32,000 bases of DNA from Phycisphaera mikurensis NBRC 102666 (GCF_000284115.1 NC_017080.1:2280001-2312000); one strand, 5' to 3'; shown: positions 1 through 8,791, counted from the first letter of the stretch. Notes: generated from the sequence alone by a model not told the origin. Program-made: numbers and translations.

Positions 1-1
1 G

Positions 2-130
2 ATCCAGGACCGCCGCCGCGGGCTGGAGGCGCTCGCCGATGAGACCGACGCCGACACCCTCCGCCGCCTCACCACCGACGCGCCCCGGCGGCTCCTGAAC
101 CTCGACGCCGAGGACGCCGCCGGCGGATAA
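2..130 (+). CDS. 3' end of an unidentified CDS (partial, continues upstream of the window)
   Basis: The frame is open from nt 2 to TAA at 128-130 (...LRRLTTDAPRRLLNLDAEDAAGG*). Third codon positions are almost all G/C, as in the confirmed genes. No family recognised. Confidence 0.4.
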   Translation: MQDRRRGLEALADETDADTLRRLTTDAPRRLLNLDAEDAAGG

Positions 131-142
131 GGTGGCTTCGCC

Positions 143-216
143 GCCTCCGTAGCTCAGTTGGATAGAGCACGGCTTTCCTAAAGCTGAGGTCGGAGGTTCG
201 AGCCCTCCCGGAGGCA
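143..216 (+). tRNA. tRNA-Arg (anticodon CCT)
   Basis: Hand-folded 74-nt cloverleaf. Acceptor GCCTCCG/CGGAGGC, D-arm GCTC-AGTTGGATA-GAGC, anticodon arm CGGCT-TTCCTAA-AGCTG (CCT), T-arm GGAGG-TTCGAGC-CCTCC, discriminator A. CCA is not encoded. Confidence 0.9.
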
Positions 217-386
217 TCCTCCGCGACTCGCGCACCGGGCCGTTGCCCGGGCGTCACGCCGCTGGCGGGGTGGCGGTCGCCGCGGGCGGCGCCGACGGTG
301 CCGGCGTCGGTGCCCGGATCCGCGTTCTCGCGGCTCGCCCCGAGCGCGGCGTGACACGGGACGGGCTGCTCATCGCCCGTGCCGGT

Positions 387-1559
387 TCACGGCGTCAGGA
401 CGACCTTGATGCAGCCGTCGGTCTTGTTCTTGAAGCGGTCGTAGGCGGCGGGCGCCTCGTCGAGGCTCGCGTGGTGGGTGATGACGAACGACGGGTCGAT
501 CTCGCCGTCGACGACCTTCTGCATCAGCGGCTCGAGGTACCGCTGCACGTGCGTCTGCCCCATCTTGAACTGCAAGCCCTTGTTCATCGCGGCGCCCCAG
601 GCGAGGTCGACCTTGCCGAAGTAGACGCCCGGGCAGCTGACCTTGCCGCCCTTGCGGCAGCAGCGGATGATCTCGTTGAGCACGTTCGGCCGGTCGCTGC
701 CCAGGTGCAGCGCCGTCTTCGCGTCCTCGAGCGTGTCGGCGACGAGGCCGCCGGCGTGGTTCTCCGCCCCGACGCCGTCGACGCAGCAGTCGGGCCCGCG
801 GCCGCCGGTCATCTCCTGCAGCCGCTCGTAAACGTCCTCCTGAGAGAAGTCGATCGTCTCGGCGCGGCCGTGCGTCCGCGCCATCTCCAGCCGCTCGGGC
901 ACGCGGTCGATGGCGATCACGCGGCCGGCGCCCAGCATCCACGCGCTCTGCATGACGAACTGTGCCACGGGGCCGCAGCCCCAGACCGCGACGGTCTCGC
1001 CCTCCTGGATGTCGCAGTTCTCCGCGGCCATGTAGCCGGTCGGGAAGATGTCCGACAGCAGCACGACCCGGTCGTCGCTGAGGTCCTCGGGCACCTTGAT
1101 CGGCCCGGTGCGGTCGGCGAAGGGCACCCGCAACGCCTCGGCTTGGCCGCCGGCGTAGCCGCCGAGCATGTGCGTGTAGCCGAGCATGCCCGAGGGCGTG
1201 TGGCCCATCTGCTTCTGCGCCATCTCCGCGTTGGGGTTGGTGTTGTCGCAGAGCGAGAACCGCGTGGACGCGCAGAAGAAGCAGCGACCGCACGCGAGCG
1301 TGAAGGGCACGACGACGCGGTCGCCCTTGGCCAGCCGCGTGACGGCGGAGCCCACCTCCTCCACGACGCCCATCGGCTCGTGGCCGATCACGTCGCCGTG
1401 CCGCATCGCCGGCGCGGCGCCGGTCATGATGTGCAGGTCGGAGCCGCAGATGCCCGAGGCGGTCACGCGGATCACCACGTCTCTCTCGTCCTCGATGCGG
1501 GCGTCGGGCACCTCGGTCGTGCGGATGTCGTTGCGGCCATGCCAGGTGACGGCTTTCAT
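387..1559 (-). CDS. Zinc-dependent alcohol dehydrogenase (MDR superfamily; formaldehyde/threonine-dehydrogenase-like)
   Basis: Lies inside ORF 387..1805. The ATG at 1559 gives [17 protein letters not shown]... Motifs present: [20 protein letters not shown], a structural-zinc Cys cluster [15 protein letters not shown], and a Rossmann segment [11 protein letters not shown]. The 82 upstream codons are Arg/Gly/Pro-rich and look non-coding. Confidence 0.85.
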   Translation of the reverse strand: MKAVTWHGRNDIRTTEVPDARIEDERDVVIRVTASGICGSDLHIMTGAAPAMRHGDVIGHEPMGVVEEVGSAVTRLAKGDRVVVPFTLACGRCFFCASTRFSLCDNTNPNAEMAQKQMGHTPSGMLGYTHMLGGYAGGQAEALRVPFADRTGPIKVPEDLSDDRVVLLSDIFPTGYMAAENCDIQEGETVAVWGCGPVAQFVMQSAWMLGAGRVIAIDRVPERLEMARTHGRAETIDFSQEDVYERLQEMTGGRGPDCCVDGVGAENHAGGLVADTLEDAKTALHLGSDRPNVLNEIIRCCRKGGKVSCPGVYFGKVDLAWGAAMNKGLQFKMGQTHVQRYLEPLMQKVVDGEIDPSFVITHHASLDEAPAAYDRFKNKTDGCIKVVLTP

Positions 1560-1671
1560 CGGTGATCTCCGGTTCGGTGGCGGGCGAGCCGGAGCGGGTG
1601 CGCCGGCGCGGAGTGCTAGCGCATCGCTGGACTTGCGTCCACCGCGGACGCGGCAAAACCTGCACGGACCG

Positions 1672-2073
1672 TCAGGAAGCTGGAGGCCAGTGCGCGATCC
1701 TCGGCCACCCGTCCACGCTCCCGTTGAAGAAGTAGACCCACGCCTCCACCCGGTCCACGGGCGCCTTCTCCCGCCGGAAGAGGTGCGGCCGCGGGCAGCC
1801 GGCACCGCAGCCCTCCCAGGCGTCCAGCACCGGCCAGAGCTCCCGCGGACCGTGCACCTCGAAGAGCATCCCGGGCACGCGGTCCGCGGGCGTCGAAGCC
1901 GGGAGCAGCGCCGGCCAATCGCCGGCGTCGTGCAGGCGTCCGGCCACCCGAGCCGCGCCCAGCGCCCGCGTGTGTCGACGCATCGCGGCCGCCACCGCCG
2001 GCGGGCCGCCGCGGATCAGCGTGCCGTAAGCAAAAAGCAGCTCGCGGTCCGCGGGTTGCGGCGCCGGCGCCAC
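1672..2073 (-). CDS. Gamma-glutamylcyclotransferase (AIG2/GGCT)-like protein
   Basis: C-terminal 133 codons of ORF 1672..3234. It has [12 protein letters not shown] near the N-terminus and VWVYFF-like WVYFFNG near the C-terminus, typical of GGCT-fold proteins. The proposed GTG start at 2073 lies 2 nt after the serC stop (TGAGCGTG). The start is uncertain. Confidence 0.6.
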   Translation of the reverse strand: MAPAPQPADRELLFAYGTLIRGGPPAVAAAMRRHTRALGAARVAGRLHDAGDWPALLPASTPADRVPGMLFEVHGPRELWPVLDAWEGCGAGCPRPHLFRREKAPVDRVEAWVYFFNGSVDGWPRIAHWPPAS

Positions 2074-2075
2074 GC

Positions 2076-3158
2076 TCAGCCGTTCCTGTCGCGGAAGTCG
2101 CTCATGAAGCCCGCCAGCGCCTCCACGCCGGCGACCGGCATCGCGTTGTAGATGGAGGCCCGGATGCCGCCGACGCTGCGGTGGCCCTTGAGGCCCGAGA
2201 GGCCGGCGGCCTCGGCTTCGGCGACGAAGCGTTTCTCCAGCTCTTCGGAGGGAAGACGGAAGACCACGTTCATCGTCGACCGGTACCGCTCGTCCACCGG
2301 GCACCGGTAGAAGCCGTCGCTGCCGCCGAGCACGCCGTAGAGGATCCCGCTCCGCTCGGCGGCGGCCTGCTCCGCCCAGGCGAGGCCGCCGCGGGCCTCC
2401 AGCCACTCCAGCACGAGCTTGACCATGTAGATCTGGAAGACCGGCGGCGTGTTCAGCATCGAGCGGTTCTGCACGTGTCCGCCGTAGTTGAGGTAGCCCG
2501 GCAGGTCGCCGTCGCAGGCGGCGAGCATGTCGTCGGTGAGGATCACGACGGTCACGCCGGCGGGGCCGATGTTCTTCTGGGCGCCGGCGTAGATCAGCCC
2601 GAAACGCTCCAGCGGGACCGGCCGCGACAGGAAGTCGCTGCTCATGTCCGCCACGAGGGGTGCCTCGCACGCCGGGAAGCTCTTCCACTGCACGCCGCCG
2701 ATCGTCTCGTTGCTGGTGAGGTGCAGGAACTGCGAACCGGCGCTGCTGCTCACCGACGCCGGATCCGGCAGCGTCATGTAGTCGTCGGGTGTGCCGTCCC
2801 AGACCACGTTCACGCGGCCGATCTTCCGGCCGTCGGCGATCGCCTTCTTCGCCCACGCCCCCGAGTGGGTGTAGTCGCCGAGGCGGCCGTTGGTGAGGAA
2901 GTTCATCGCCAGCATCGCGAACTGGAAGGTGGCGCCGCCGGCGACGAAGGCGACGTGGTGGTGCTCGCCGAGGCCGAGCAGGCGGCGGAGCGCGGCCTCG
3001 GCGGCGTCGCGTACGCCCTCCACCGGGGGCGTGCGGTGGCTCATCTCCAGCAGCGACATGCCCGCGCCGTGGTAGTCGACGAGCTCGCGCTGAGCGGTCT
3101 CCAGCACCTCCAGCGGGAGGGTGCAGGGTCCGGCCGAGAAGTTGTGCAGGCGGCGCAT
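2076..3158 (-). CDS. serC: Phosphoserine aminotransferase
   Basis: 360-aa ORF with an ATG start. The N-terminus MRRLHNFSAGPCTLPLEVL...ELVDYHGAGMSLLEMSHR and the overall length match SerC (class V aminotransferase) as I know it. Confidence 0.9.
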   Translation of the reverse strand: MRRLHNFSAGPCTLPLEVLETAQRELVDYHGAGMSLLEMSHRTPPVEGVRDAAEAALRRLLGLGEHHHVAFVAGGATFQFAMLAMNFLTNGRLGDYTHSGAWAKKAIADGRKIGRVNVVWDGTPDDYMTLPDPASVSSSAGSQFLHLTSNETIGGVQWKSFPACEAPLVADMSSDFLSRPVPLERFGLIYAGAQKNIGPAGVTVVILTDDMLAACDGDLPGYLNYGGHVQNRSMLNTPPVFQIYMVKLVLEWLEARGGLAWAEQAAAERSGILYGVLGGSDGFYRCPVDERYRSTMNVVFRLPSEELEKRFVAEAEAAGLSGLKGHRSVGGIRASIYNAMPVAGVEALAGFMSDFRDRNG

Positions 3159-3333
3159 CGCGGGAGCCTACCGGCCGGGTCGGGGGCCCTTCCCACCTTC
3201 CGCACGGGCTCGCATTCAACGCGGGGCGCGGCAAGTCGACGCGGCGAAACGCTTGCGTCGCGGGAGCGGCGGCGCAGACTCGGGGCGGGGTTCCGGATCA
3301 CCCACCCCATTCACCCCCAGGTTTGAAGCCCCG

Positions 3334-3621
3334 ATGAGCGAACAGCAGTTCCAAGCAGAGATCGACGCCCTCATGTGCAAGATCGCCCAGTTGCCCGAGA
3401 GGGAGCGGGGAGCGCTCGGCGACGCCGCCGAGCAGACCCGCCAGCGTCACGCTTCGCTGCGGGACACGGTGGCGCAGCTGCAGGAGTCGCTCGATCACCT
3501 CCGGCTCTCGGTGAAGTACCTGGTCTTCGACCTCGAGGCGACGCGACGGGAGAACCGGCTGCTCCGCCGGCTGATCGAGACCGACAACGGCCCCGACGAC
3601 GAGGCCTCGACCACGGACTAA
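3334..3621 (+). CDS. Small (95 aa) predicted coiled-coil protein, unknown function
   Basis: ATG at 3334 within ORF 3121..3621. The product MSEQQFQAEIDALMCKIAQL...LQESLDHLRLSVKYLVFDLEATRRENRLLRRLIE has heptad-like, charged composition and G/C-rich third positions. No family recognised. Confidence 0.55.
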   Translation: MSEQQFQAEIDALMCKIAQLPERERGALGDAAEQTRQRHASLRDTVAQLQESLDHLRLSVKYLVFDLEATRRENRLLRRLIETDNGPDDEASTTD

Positions 3622-3777
3622 GAGGCTGTTTCAGAACCTGCTGGGCTTCGCCACCCGTGGCCGCCCGCTGCCCGCGTCGGGCTCCGAACGGGGGGACCGC
3701 CCCCCGCTCTCCCCCTCCTTGGCAGCGAACAGCCACGGGCGACCCGGGCGTGCAGCCGGTTCTGAAACAGCCTCTAA
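3619..3777. repeat. 155-bp imperfect palindrome with 18-bp perfect terminal inverted repeats, flanked by TAA/TAA (MITE-like element or composite bidirectional terminator)
   Basis: AGAGGCTGTTTCAGAACC (3621-3638) is the exact reverse complement of GGTTCTGAAACAGCCTCT (3758-3775). Interior arms also pair: TCGCC..CGTGGC at 3648-3662 with GCCACGGGCGA at 3732-3742. The centre is a hairpin C-G6 / ACCG / C6-G (3689-3706). TAA at 3619-3621 and TAA at 3775-3777 flank a 17-bp version of the inverted repeat. Confidence 0.6.
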
Positions 3778-4181
3778 GCAACCGCCGGGAGCCGGTACAC
3801 CTGCGGGCCGGGGCTCTCGCTGCCGCCGTGGTGGCCGTTGCGGAGCCAGTCCCGCAGGCCCGCCGGCGGGTCGATCCACTTGAGGCCGACCGTCTGGCGT
3901 CGGAAGCCGCAGGCCTTCACCCGCCTCACCACGCAGTCGACCTCGATCAGCTCGCACGACCAGCTGATCGAGACCCGGATCGTCTGCCCGATCTCGACGG
4001 CGGGCCCGCGGTGCGTGACGGCCATGCCCGACCCGCTGACGTCGACGACTTCGCCGAAAGGCGTGGCGAAGTTCGTGTTCCGGAGCCGCGGCTCGGCCCG
4101 GCGTTCGCGGCGGAAGATCATGACGGAGCCCGGGAGGAAGGAGAGGATCGTGAAGTCGGGCGCACCCGGCGGGCGCGTCAT
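3774..4181 (-). CDS. Single-domain PilZ protein (putative c-di-GMP receptor)
   Basis: 135-aa ORF with an ATG at 4181. It carries both PilZ signatures at canonical spacing: RRERR (RxxxR) followed about 18 residues later by DVSGSG (DxSxxG). An alternative start is Met21 (nt 4121). Confidence 0.7.
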   Translation of the reverse strand: MTRPPGAPDFTILSFLPGSVMIFRRERRAEPRLRNTNFATPFGEVVDVSGSGMAVTHRGPAVEIGQTIRVSISWSCELIEVDCVVRRVKACGFRRQTVGLKWIDPPAGLRDWLRNGHHGGSESPGPQVYRLPAVA

Positions 4182-4235
4182 CGGCCGAAGCGGAGGCCGG
4201 CTGAAGCCGCGACCGGCTCACGCCGAAACCCGGAC

Positions 4236-5156
4236 GTGCTCTCCTCCCCCCGCGCCCTCCCCCGCCGCCGCCTGCTGCGCCTCGCCGCCGCCGGCGTCGC
4301 GGCTTCCGCCCTGCCCGTCGCCGCTTCGATCCCGGCGGCGGCAAGCCCGGTGCGGCGGCTGAACACGGACCGGGTCTGCCTGCTGGCGGATCCGCACGTC
4401 GCGGCCGCGCCCGGTCGGCGGCTGCTCGGCGCGTCGCTGACGCCGAACCTGCAGGCCGCCGTGCGGCGGGTGCTGGAGGGGCCGCGACCCGACGCGATCG
4501 TGCTCGCGGGCGATTGCGCCGCCGACGAGGGGCGGCCCGGGGACTACCGGCAGCTCGGCCGGGTGCTCGCGCCCCTGGCCGCGGCCGGCCTCGCGCCGCA
4601 CCTGACGCCCGGGAACCACGACGACCGGGCGGCGCTCGCGGCGGCGTTCCCCCACGCTTCGGGCGCGAGCGGCGAGCAGCCCGGCGGCCGCCGGCTGCGG
4701 CTGGCCGGTTCGGACTGGTACCTGCTCGACTCGCTGCGGAGGACCGACGAGACCCCCGGCGAGCTCGGCGCCGCCCAGCTCGCGTGGCTGGCGGCGTCGC
4801 TGGACGAGCGGCCCGAACGGCCGGCCTTCCTCGTGGTCCACCATCCGCCCGGGAGCCGGCGGAACCCCGGCGGCCGCGGCGTCGGCCTCGACGACGGGCA
4901 GCGGCTGCTCAAGCTCCTCGCTCCGCGCCGCCAGGTGAAGGCGCTCTTCCACGGCCACCTCCACCGCATGACGCGTTGGAACCACGAGGGCCTCCACGTC
5001 GTCGGCCTGCCCGCGACCTCGTACACCTTCCGCCCGCTGGTTTTCCGCGGGCACGTGAGCGTCGAGGTGGGGCTGAACCACCTCGTCCTCGAGCGGACGG
5101 CCCTGCGGGCGGGCGGCCGGGGCGACGGGAAGCGGACAACGCTGGCGATGCGGTAG
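4236..5156 (+). CDS. Calcineurin-like metallophosphoesterase with twin-arginine (Tat) signal
   Basis: 3' part of ORF 3375..5156. GTG at 4236 gives VLSSPRALPRRRLLRLAAAGVAASALPVAASIPAAAS (RR motif plus a hydrophobic core). Phosphoesterase motifs present: LADPH, GDCAADEG, GNHD, VVHHPP, GHLH. The upstream part of the ORF is Arg/Pro-rich and overlaps the PilZ gene on the opposite strand. Confidence 0.75.
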   Translation: MLSSPRALPRRRLLRLAAAGVAASALPVAASIPAAASPVRRLNTDRVCLLADPHVAAAPGRRLLGASLTPNLQAAVRRVLEGPRPDAIVLAGDCAADEGRPGDYRQLGRVLAPLAAAGLAPHLTPGNHDDRAALAAAFPHASGASGEQPGGRRLRLAGSDWYLLDSLRRTDETPGELGAAQLAWLAASLDERPERPAFLVVHHPPGSRRNPGGRGVGLDDGQRLLKLLAPRRQVKALFHGHLHRMTRWNHEGLHVVGLPATSYTFRPLVFRGHVSVEVGLNHLVLERTALRAGGRGDGKRTTLAMR

Positions 5157-5291
5157 AAGCGCGAACGAGCGTGGGAGGGGCCGAGCAGGGGCAAGGCGCG
5201 AAGGCCAAGCGGGCGGCGCTGCCGCCGCGACGCTCCGGACGCCTGGTCCCTCCCCGCTCGACGGGCTGGGAGCCTCGGCTCCGCCTCCGCG

Positions 5292-6404
5292 TCAGAGCGC
5301 GGCGAGCCGCCTCGCCCGGTCTTCCGCGATCAGGGCCTCCACCAGGTCCTGCAGCTCGCCGCCGAGAAACTTCTGGAGCGGGAAGCTGCGGGACAGGCGG
5401 TGGTCCACGGCGATGGCGTCCTTCCAGCGGTAGGTCCGCACCCGCTCGCTGCGGCCGCCGGTGCCGATGAGGTCGGCGCGGGCTTCGGCCCGCTCGCGGT
5501 CGGCCTCCGCGCGCTGCCGCTCGTAAAGCCGGGCCCGCAGGAGCTGCTCGGCTTTCTGGCGGTTCTGCTGCTGGCTCTTGCTCTCCTGCATCCGCACCTC
5601 GATGCCCGTCGGCTTGTGGATGAGGTGCACCGCCGTCGCGACCTTGTTGACGTTCTGCCCGCCGGGGCCCTGCGCGGTGGTGACGTGGACCTCGACGTCG
5701 GCCGGATCAATCGTCACCTCGACCTCTTCGGGCTCGGGCAGCACCGCGACCGTGGCGGTGGAGGTGTGGGTGCGGCCCTGCGTCTCGGTCGCCGGGACCC
5801 GCTTCACGCAGTGGACGCCGCTCTCGTAGCCGAGCTGCTGCCACACCCCCTCGCCCGCGACGCTCACCGTCGCCGAACGGAGCCCGCCGGCGTCGCCTTC
5901 GCTGTGGTCGAGCGTCTCGAAGGCCCAGCCGCGGTTCTTCGCGAAAGCCTGGTAGACGCCGAGCAGCTCGCCGGCGAAGAGCGCCGCCTCCGCCCCGCCG
6001 GTGCCGGCGCGGACCTCGAGGATGACGCTGCCGATGGCCGCGTCGTCGGCCGTGACCAGCTCCGCGGCGATTGCTTCGAGCGCGGCTTCCGCGGAGGCGG
6101 CGGACTCCGCCTCCTGCTCCCGCGCGAGCTCGATCAGTTCGGCGTCGTCTTCCGCGGCGAGAAGCTCGCGGGCCTCTGCCAGCGCCGCCGCATCCGCCTG
6201 GTACCCGCGGTAGCGGGTCACCAGCGGCTCGATCGCCGCCCGCTTGATGGACAGGCGGCGGACAGCCGTGTGGTCCTGCAGGATCGCCGGATCCTGGAGC
6301 TCCTCGCCGAGCTTGGCGTGGACGCCAGCGAGCTCGTCGAGCTTCTCGAGCAGCGTGGCGTGGGAGGGACTGGAGGCGTCGATGCTTGCAGCCCCTCCGG
6401 GCAC
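5292..6404 (-). CDS. prfA: Peptide chain release factor 1
   Basis: 370-aa ORF with the GGQ motif ([15 protein letters not shown]) and the RF1-type PAT tripeptide ([10 protein letters not shown]). The start appears to be GTG at 6404. The exact start is uncertain. Confidence 0.9.
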   Translation of the reverse strand: MPGGAASIDASSPSHATLLEKLDELAGVHAKLGEELQDPAILQDHTAVRRLSIKRAAIEPLVTRYRGYQADAAALAEARELLAAEDDAELIELAREQEAESAASAEAALEAIAAELVTADDAAIGSVILEVRAGTGGAEAALFAGELLGVYQAFAKNRGWAFETLDHSEGDAGGLRSATVSVAGEGVWQQLGYESGVHCVKRVPATETQGRTHTSTATVAVLPEPEEVEVTIDPADVEVHVTTAQGPGGQNVNKVATAVHLIHKPTGIEVRMQESKSQQQNRQKAEQLLRARLYERQRAEADRERAEARADLIGTGGRSERVRTYRWKDAIAVDHRLSRSFPLQKFLGGELQDLVEALIAEDRARRLAAL

Positions 6405-6405
6405 C

Positions 6406-7137
6406 TTAAACCTTGCGGCGGCGGGCCGACATCAACAGGCCACCGGCTCCGAGAAGCACGCCGCTGGCCGGCTCGGGGACGAGCGTGAGAGAGATCTCGT
6501 GGACGTCGGTCGCGCTCCCGGCCGCGCTGAAGGTGGAACCGGGCGCAAGGTCGGCGCTGGTCAGCGCGAGGCCCCCGCTGCGGGTGGCCCAGGCGGCATC
6601 GGCGGTCTGGTCGCCGGCGTTGAGCTTCGCGACGCTGTCCTGCCACTGCCCGTTGCCCGGCACGAGGCCGGTCACCAGCACCGCGTACTCCTGCCCGGGG
6701 ACCAGCACGATCGGCGTGGTGAAGTCGAAGTCGACGTCCGTGTAGCTGTTCTGGGCCGTCGGGGCCGAGACCACCGGCACTTCGGTGTTGAGCACCGTCG
6801 CCGTCGCGCTCGCCGACCCGGCCGGGCGGGTGAGCGAGAGCACGTAGCCCGCGACGCTGTGGAGCGTCCCCCCGCTCTGGAGGTCGTCGTCGATCGCGAA
6901 GCTGAAGGACTCCAGCAGGTTGTCGGTGTTGGCGACGGGGACAGTGAAGCCTTGGAAGACCGCCGTGTTGCCGGAGAAGCCCGAGATCTCGAAGATCGAG
7001 GTGACAACACGCGCCCCGGAGGTCGGACCGTCACCAAAATCGATCACCGCGGCGCTGGCTCCCGTGGAAGCCGCCGCCGCGGAGAGGGTGAGAGCGAGCA
7101 CACCCGCGGGGGTGGAGCAGAAGCGATGAACAGCCAT
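6406..7137 (-). CDS. PEP-CTERM sorting-domain secreted protein
   Basis: N-terminal signal peptide ([20 protein letters not shown]), a Thr/Ser/Val-rich body, and a C-terminal [24 protein letters not shown]. That tail is the PEP motif plus a hydrophobic helix plus a basic tail, the exosortase recognition architecture. Confidence 0.8.
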   Translation of the reverse strand: MAVHRFCSTPAGVLALTLSAAAASTGASAAVIDFGDGPTSGARVVTSIFEISGFSGNTAVFQGFTVPVANTDNLLESFSFAIDDDLQSGGTLHSVAGYVLSLTRPAGSASATATVLNTEVPVVSAPTAQNSYTDVDFDFTTPIVLVPGQEYAVLVTGLVPGNGQWQDSVAKLNAGDQTADAAWATRSGGLALTSADLAPGSTFSAAGSATDVHEISLTLVPEPASGVLLGAGGLLMSARRRKV

Positions 7138-7225
7138 TCGGGAGATCTCGAGGTGGAGGTGCTGCGGCCGGCACGGTACGCGGCCGCGGAAAGATGCTCC
7201 CGGAAGGGGACGAGCCGCCGGACGC

Positions 7226-7483
7226 TCACTTCTTGCCGAAGTAGTTCCCCGCGAACTTGCGCTGGAACTTCTCGACGCGGCCGGCGGTGTCCACGAACTT
7301 CTGCTTGCCGGTGAAGAAGGGATGGCTCTCCGAGGAGATGTCGACCTTGATCAGCGGGTACTCCTGGCCCTCGAACTCGATGGTTTCCTTGCTCTTCGCG
7401 GCGGACTGCGTGAGGAAGGTGGTGTCGGCGGACACGTCGCGGAAGACGACGGGGCGGTACGTCGGGTGGATGTCGGGCTTCAT
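7226..7483 (-). CDS. rpmE: 50S ribosomal protein L31, type B (no CxxC zinc motif)
   Basis: ATG at 7483 inside ORF 7226..7543. The product is [23 protein letters not shown]...[31 protein letters not shown]. This matches the L31 type B pattern, and no Cys pairs are present. Confidence 0.85.
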   Translation of the reverse strand: MKPDIHPTYRPVVFRDVSADTTFLTQSAAKSKETIEFEGQEYPLIKVDISSESHPFFTGKQKFVDTAGRVEKFQRKFAGNYFGKK

Positions 7484-7648
7484 GGCGGGGGCCGGGGCTG
7501 GGTTCGACCCGCCGGTGCGGCTGCCTTGGAGCGGGTCACGCACGGCGGTGACCCGGCCGCGGGGGCGGGGGTTGGCCGGTTAGGGTAGTGCATCGGCCGG
7601 ATGGGGCAAACGCCGCCCCTTCCCGCCGCCGCACGGCCCGAGCCCCCC

Positions 7649-8566
7649 ATGCAGAGCTACGTCAACGGAAGCTTCCACGATGCCGATGACCCGGCCCTGC
7701 GGGTGGAGGACGCGGGCTTCCAGCACGCGGTGGGCCTCTTCGAGACGTTCCAGGTGCACCGCGGCCGGCCCTTCCGTCTCGACGCGCACCTCGCCCGGCT
7801 GGCCGGCTCCGCCGCGACCCTCGGCCTCGCCGCCGACATGGCGGTCGCCCCGCTGGTCGCCGCGGTGGAGGAGACGATCCGGCACAACGGCATCGATCGG
7901 GCCCGCTGCCGGCTGACGGTGACGGCGGGCACGGTCTCGCTGCTGCGTGCGGACCCCCGGGGCGGGGGACCGGCCGAGGCGGTGGCGGTGAAGCAGACGG
8001 TGGCGATCGTTCCGCAGCCGCCGACGATCTGGGAGCCCTCGCTCTTCGAGGATGGCGTGGCGGTCACGATCCACGGGCCCGCCGCCAACCCCTTCGACGA
8101 CACGGCGGGCCACAAGACGCTGAACTACTGGCAGCGTCTGCGGTCGCTGCGGCGGGCCGCCGCGCAGGGCGCGGCCGAGGCCATCTGGCTGAACGTCAGC
8201 AACCACCTCGCGAGCGGCTGCGTCAGCAACCTGCTGCTCGTCAAAGACGGCGTCCTGCTGTCGCCGTTCGCCCGCGGCGAGGAGGAGCCCGGGGCGCTGC
8301 CGGCGCCGGTGCTCCCGGGCGTGACCCGGCAGCTGCTGCTCGAGGCCGCCGCAGACGCTGGTCTCGCCGCCCGCAAGCGGATGCTGACGATCGACGACCT
8401 TCTCGACGCGGACGAGGTGATGCTCACCAACTCCGGCTGGGGCGTTCTGCCCGTCGTCCGCGTCGAGAAGAAGCCGATCGGCGACGGCCGGGTCGGCCCC
8501 GCCACGCAACGGCTGCGCAAGGCCTGGTCGGACGCCGTCGCGGCGGAGACGGCGGAACCGGGCTGA
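7649..8566 (+). CDS. Class IV aminotransferase family protein (aminodeoxychorismate lyase / branched-chain or D-amino-acid aminotransferase-like)
   Basis: ATG at 7649 gives MQSYVNGSFHDADDPALRVEDAGFQHAVGLFETF. A candidate catalytic Lys sits in TAGHKTLNYW. The C-terminal DEVMLTNSGWGVLPVVRV matches the fold-type IV pattern. The subfamily cannot be assigned by eye. An alternative start is 7601. Confidence 0.75.
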   Translation: MQSYVNGSFHDADDPALRVEDAGFQHAVGLFETFQVHRGRPFRLDAHLARLAGSAATLGLAADMAVAPLVAAVEETIRHNGIDRARCRLTVTAGTVSLLRADPRGGGPAEAVAVKQTVAIVPQPPTIWEPSLFEDGVAVTIHGPAANPFDDTAGHKTLNYWQRLRSLRRAAAQGAAEAIWLNVSNHLASGCVSNLLLVKDGVLLSPFARGEEEPGALPAPVLPGVTRQLLLEAAADAGLAARKRMLTIDDLLDADEVMLTNSGWGVLPVVRVEKKPIGDGRVGPATQRLRKAWSDAVAAETAEPG

Positions 8567-8593
8567 CGCCGCTCCCCGTGCCGCCGGTTTCCA

Positions 8594-8667
8594 TACGCCC
8601 GGAGGGAATCGAACCCCCAACCTGCGGAGTAGAAATCCGCTGCTCTATCCGGTTGAGCTACGGGCGC
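8594..8667 (-). tRNA. tRNA-Arg (anticodon TCT)
   Basis: The reverse complement folds as a 74-nt cloverleaf. Acceptor GCGCCCG/CGGGCGT (G1-U72 wobble), D-arm GCTC-AACCGGATA-GAGC, anticodon arm GCGGA-TTTCTAC-TCCGC (TCT), T-arm GGGGG-TTCGATT-CCCTC, discriminator A. Confidence 0.9.
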
Positions 8668-8791
8668 TGCGCCGCGACAGGGTATGCGGAGCCGGAACGG
8701 GCCCGCGCGAACCTCCGGGAGAACCCGCGGACCGCGGACGCGACGGCCCTCCAACGACCGCAATCCGCGGCGAGAAAGGGGCTTAAGCCGG

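Noticed and set aside
243-1565. 440-aa plus-strand ORF
   Set aside because: It is antisense to the well-supported Zn-dehydrogenase gene. The translation is Ala/Gly/Arg/Val-dominated with no motifs, a typical GC-driven shadow ORF.
1672-3234. 520-aa minus-strand ORF spanning the serC region
   Set aside because: Only its last 133 codons (the GGCT-like domain) look real. The rest is an off-frame read across serC with Arg/Pro/Gly-rich composition.
3375-4235. N-terminal 287 codons of the 593-aa ORF 3375..5156
   Set aside because: The segment is Arg/Pro/Ala-rich with no features. It crosses the palindromic element and overlaps the PilZ gene in antisense. The phosphoesterase domain and Tat signal begin at the GTG at 4236.
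5292-6404. Possibility that the release-factor gene is prfB with a programmed +1 frameshift
   Set aside because: The ORF is uninterrupted and carries the RF1-specific PAT motif rather than the SPF motif of RF2.
143-8667. The two tRNA-Arg genes (143-216 and 8594-8667) as possible integration sites of genomic islands
   Set aside because: There is no integrase, no direct repeat of a tRNA 3' end, and no compositional shift next to either tRNA. The flanking genes are ordinary.
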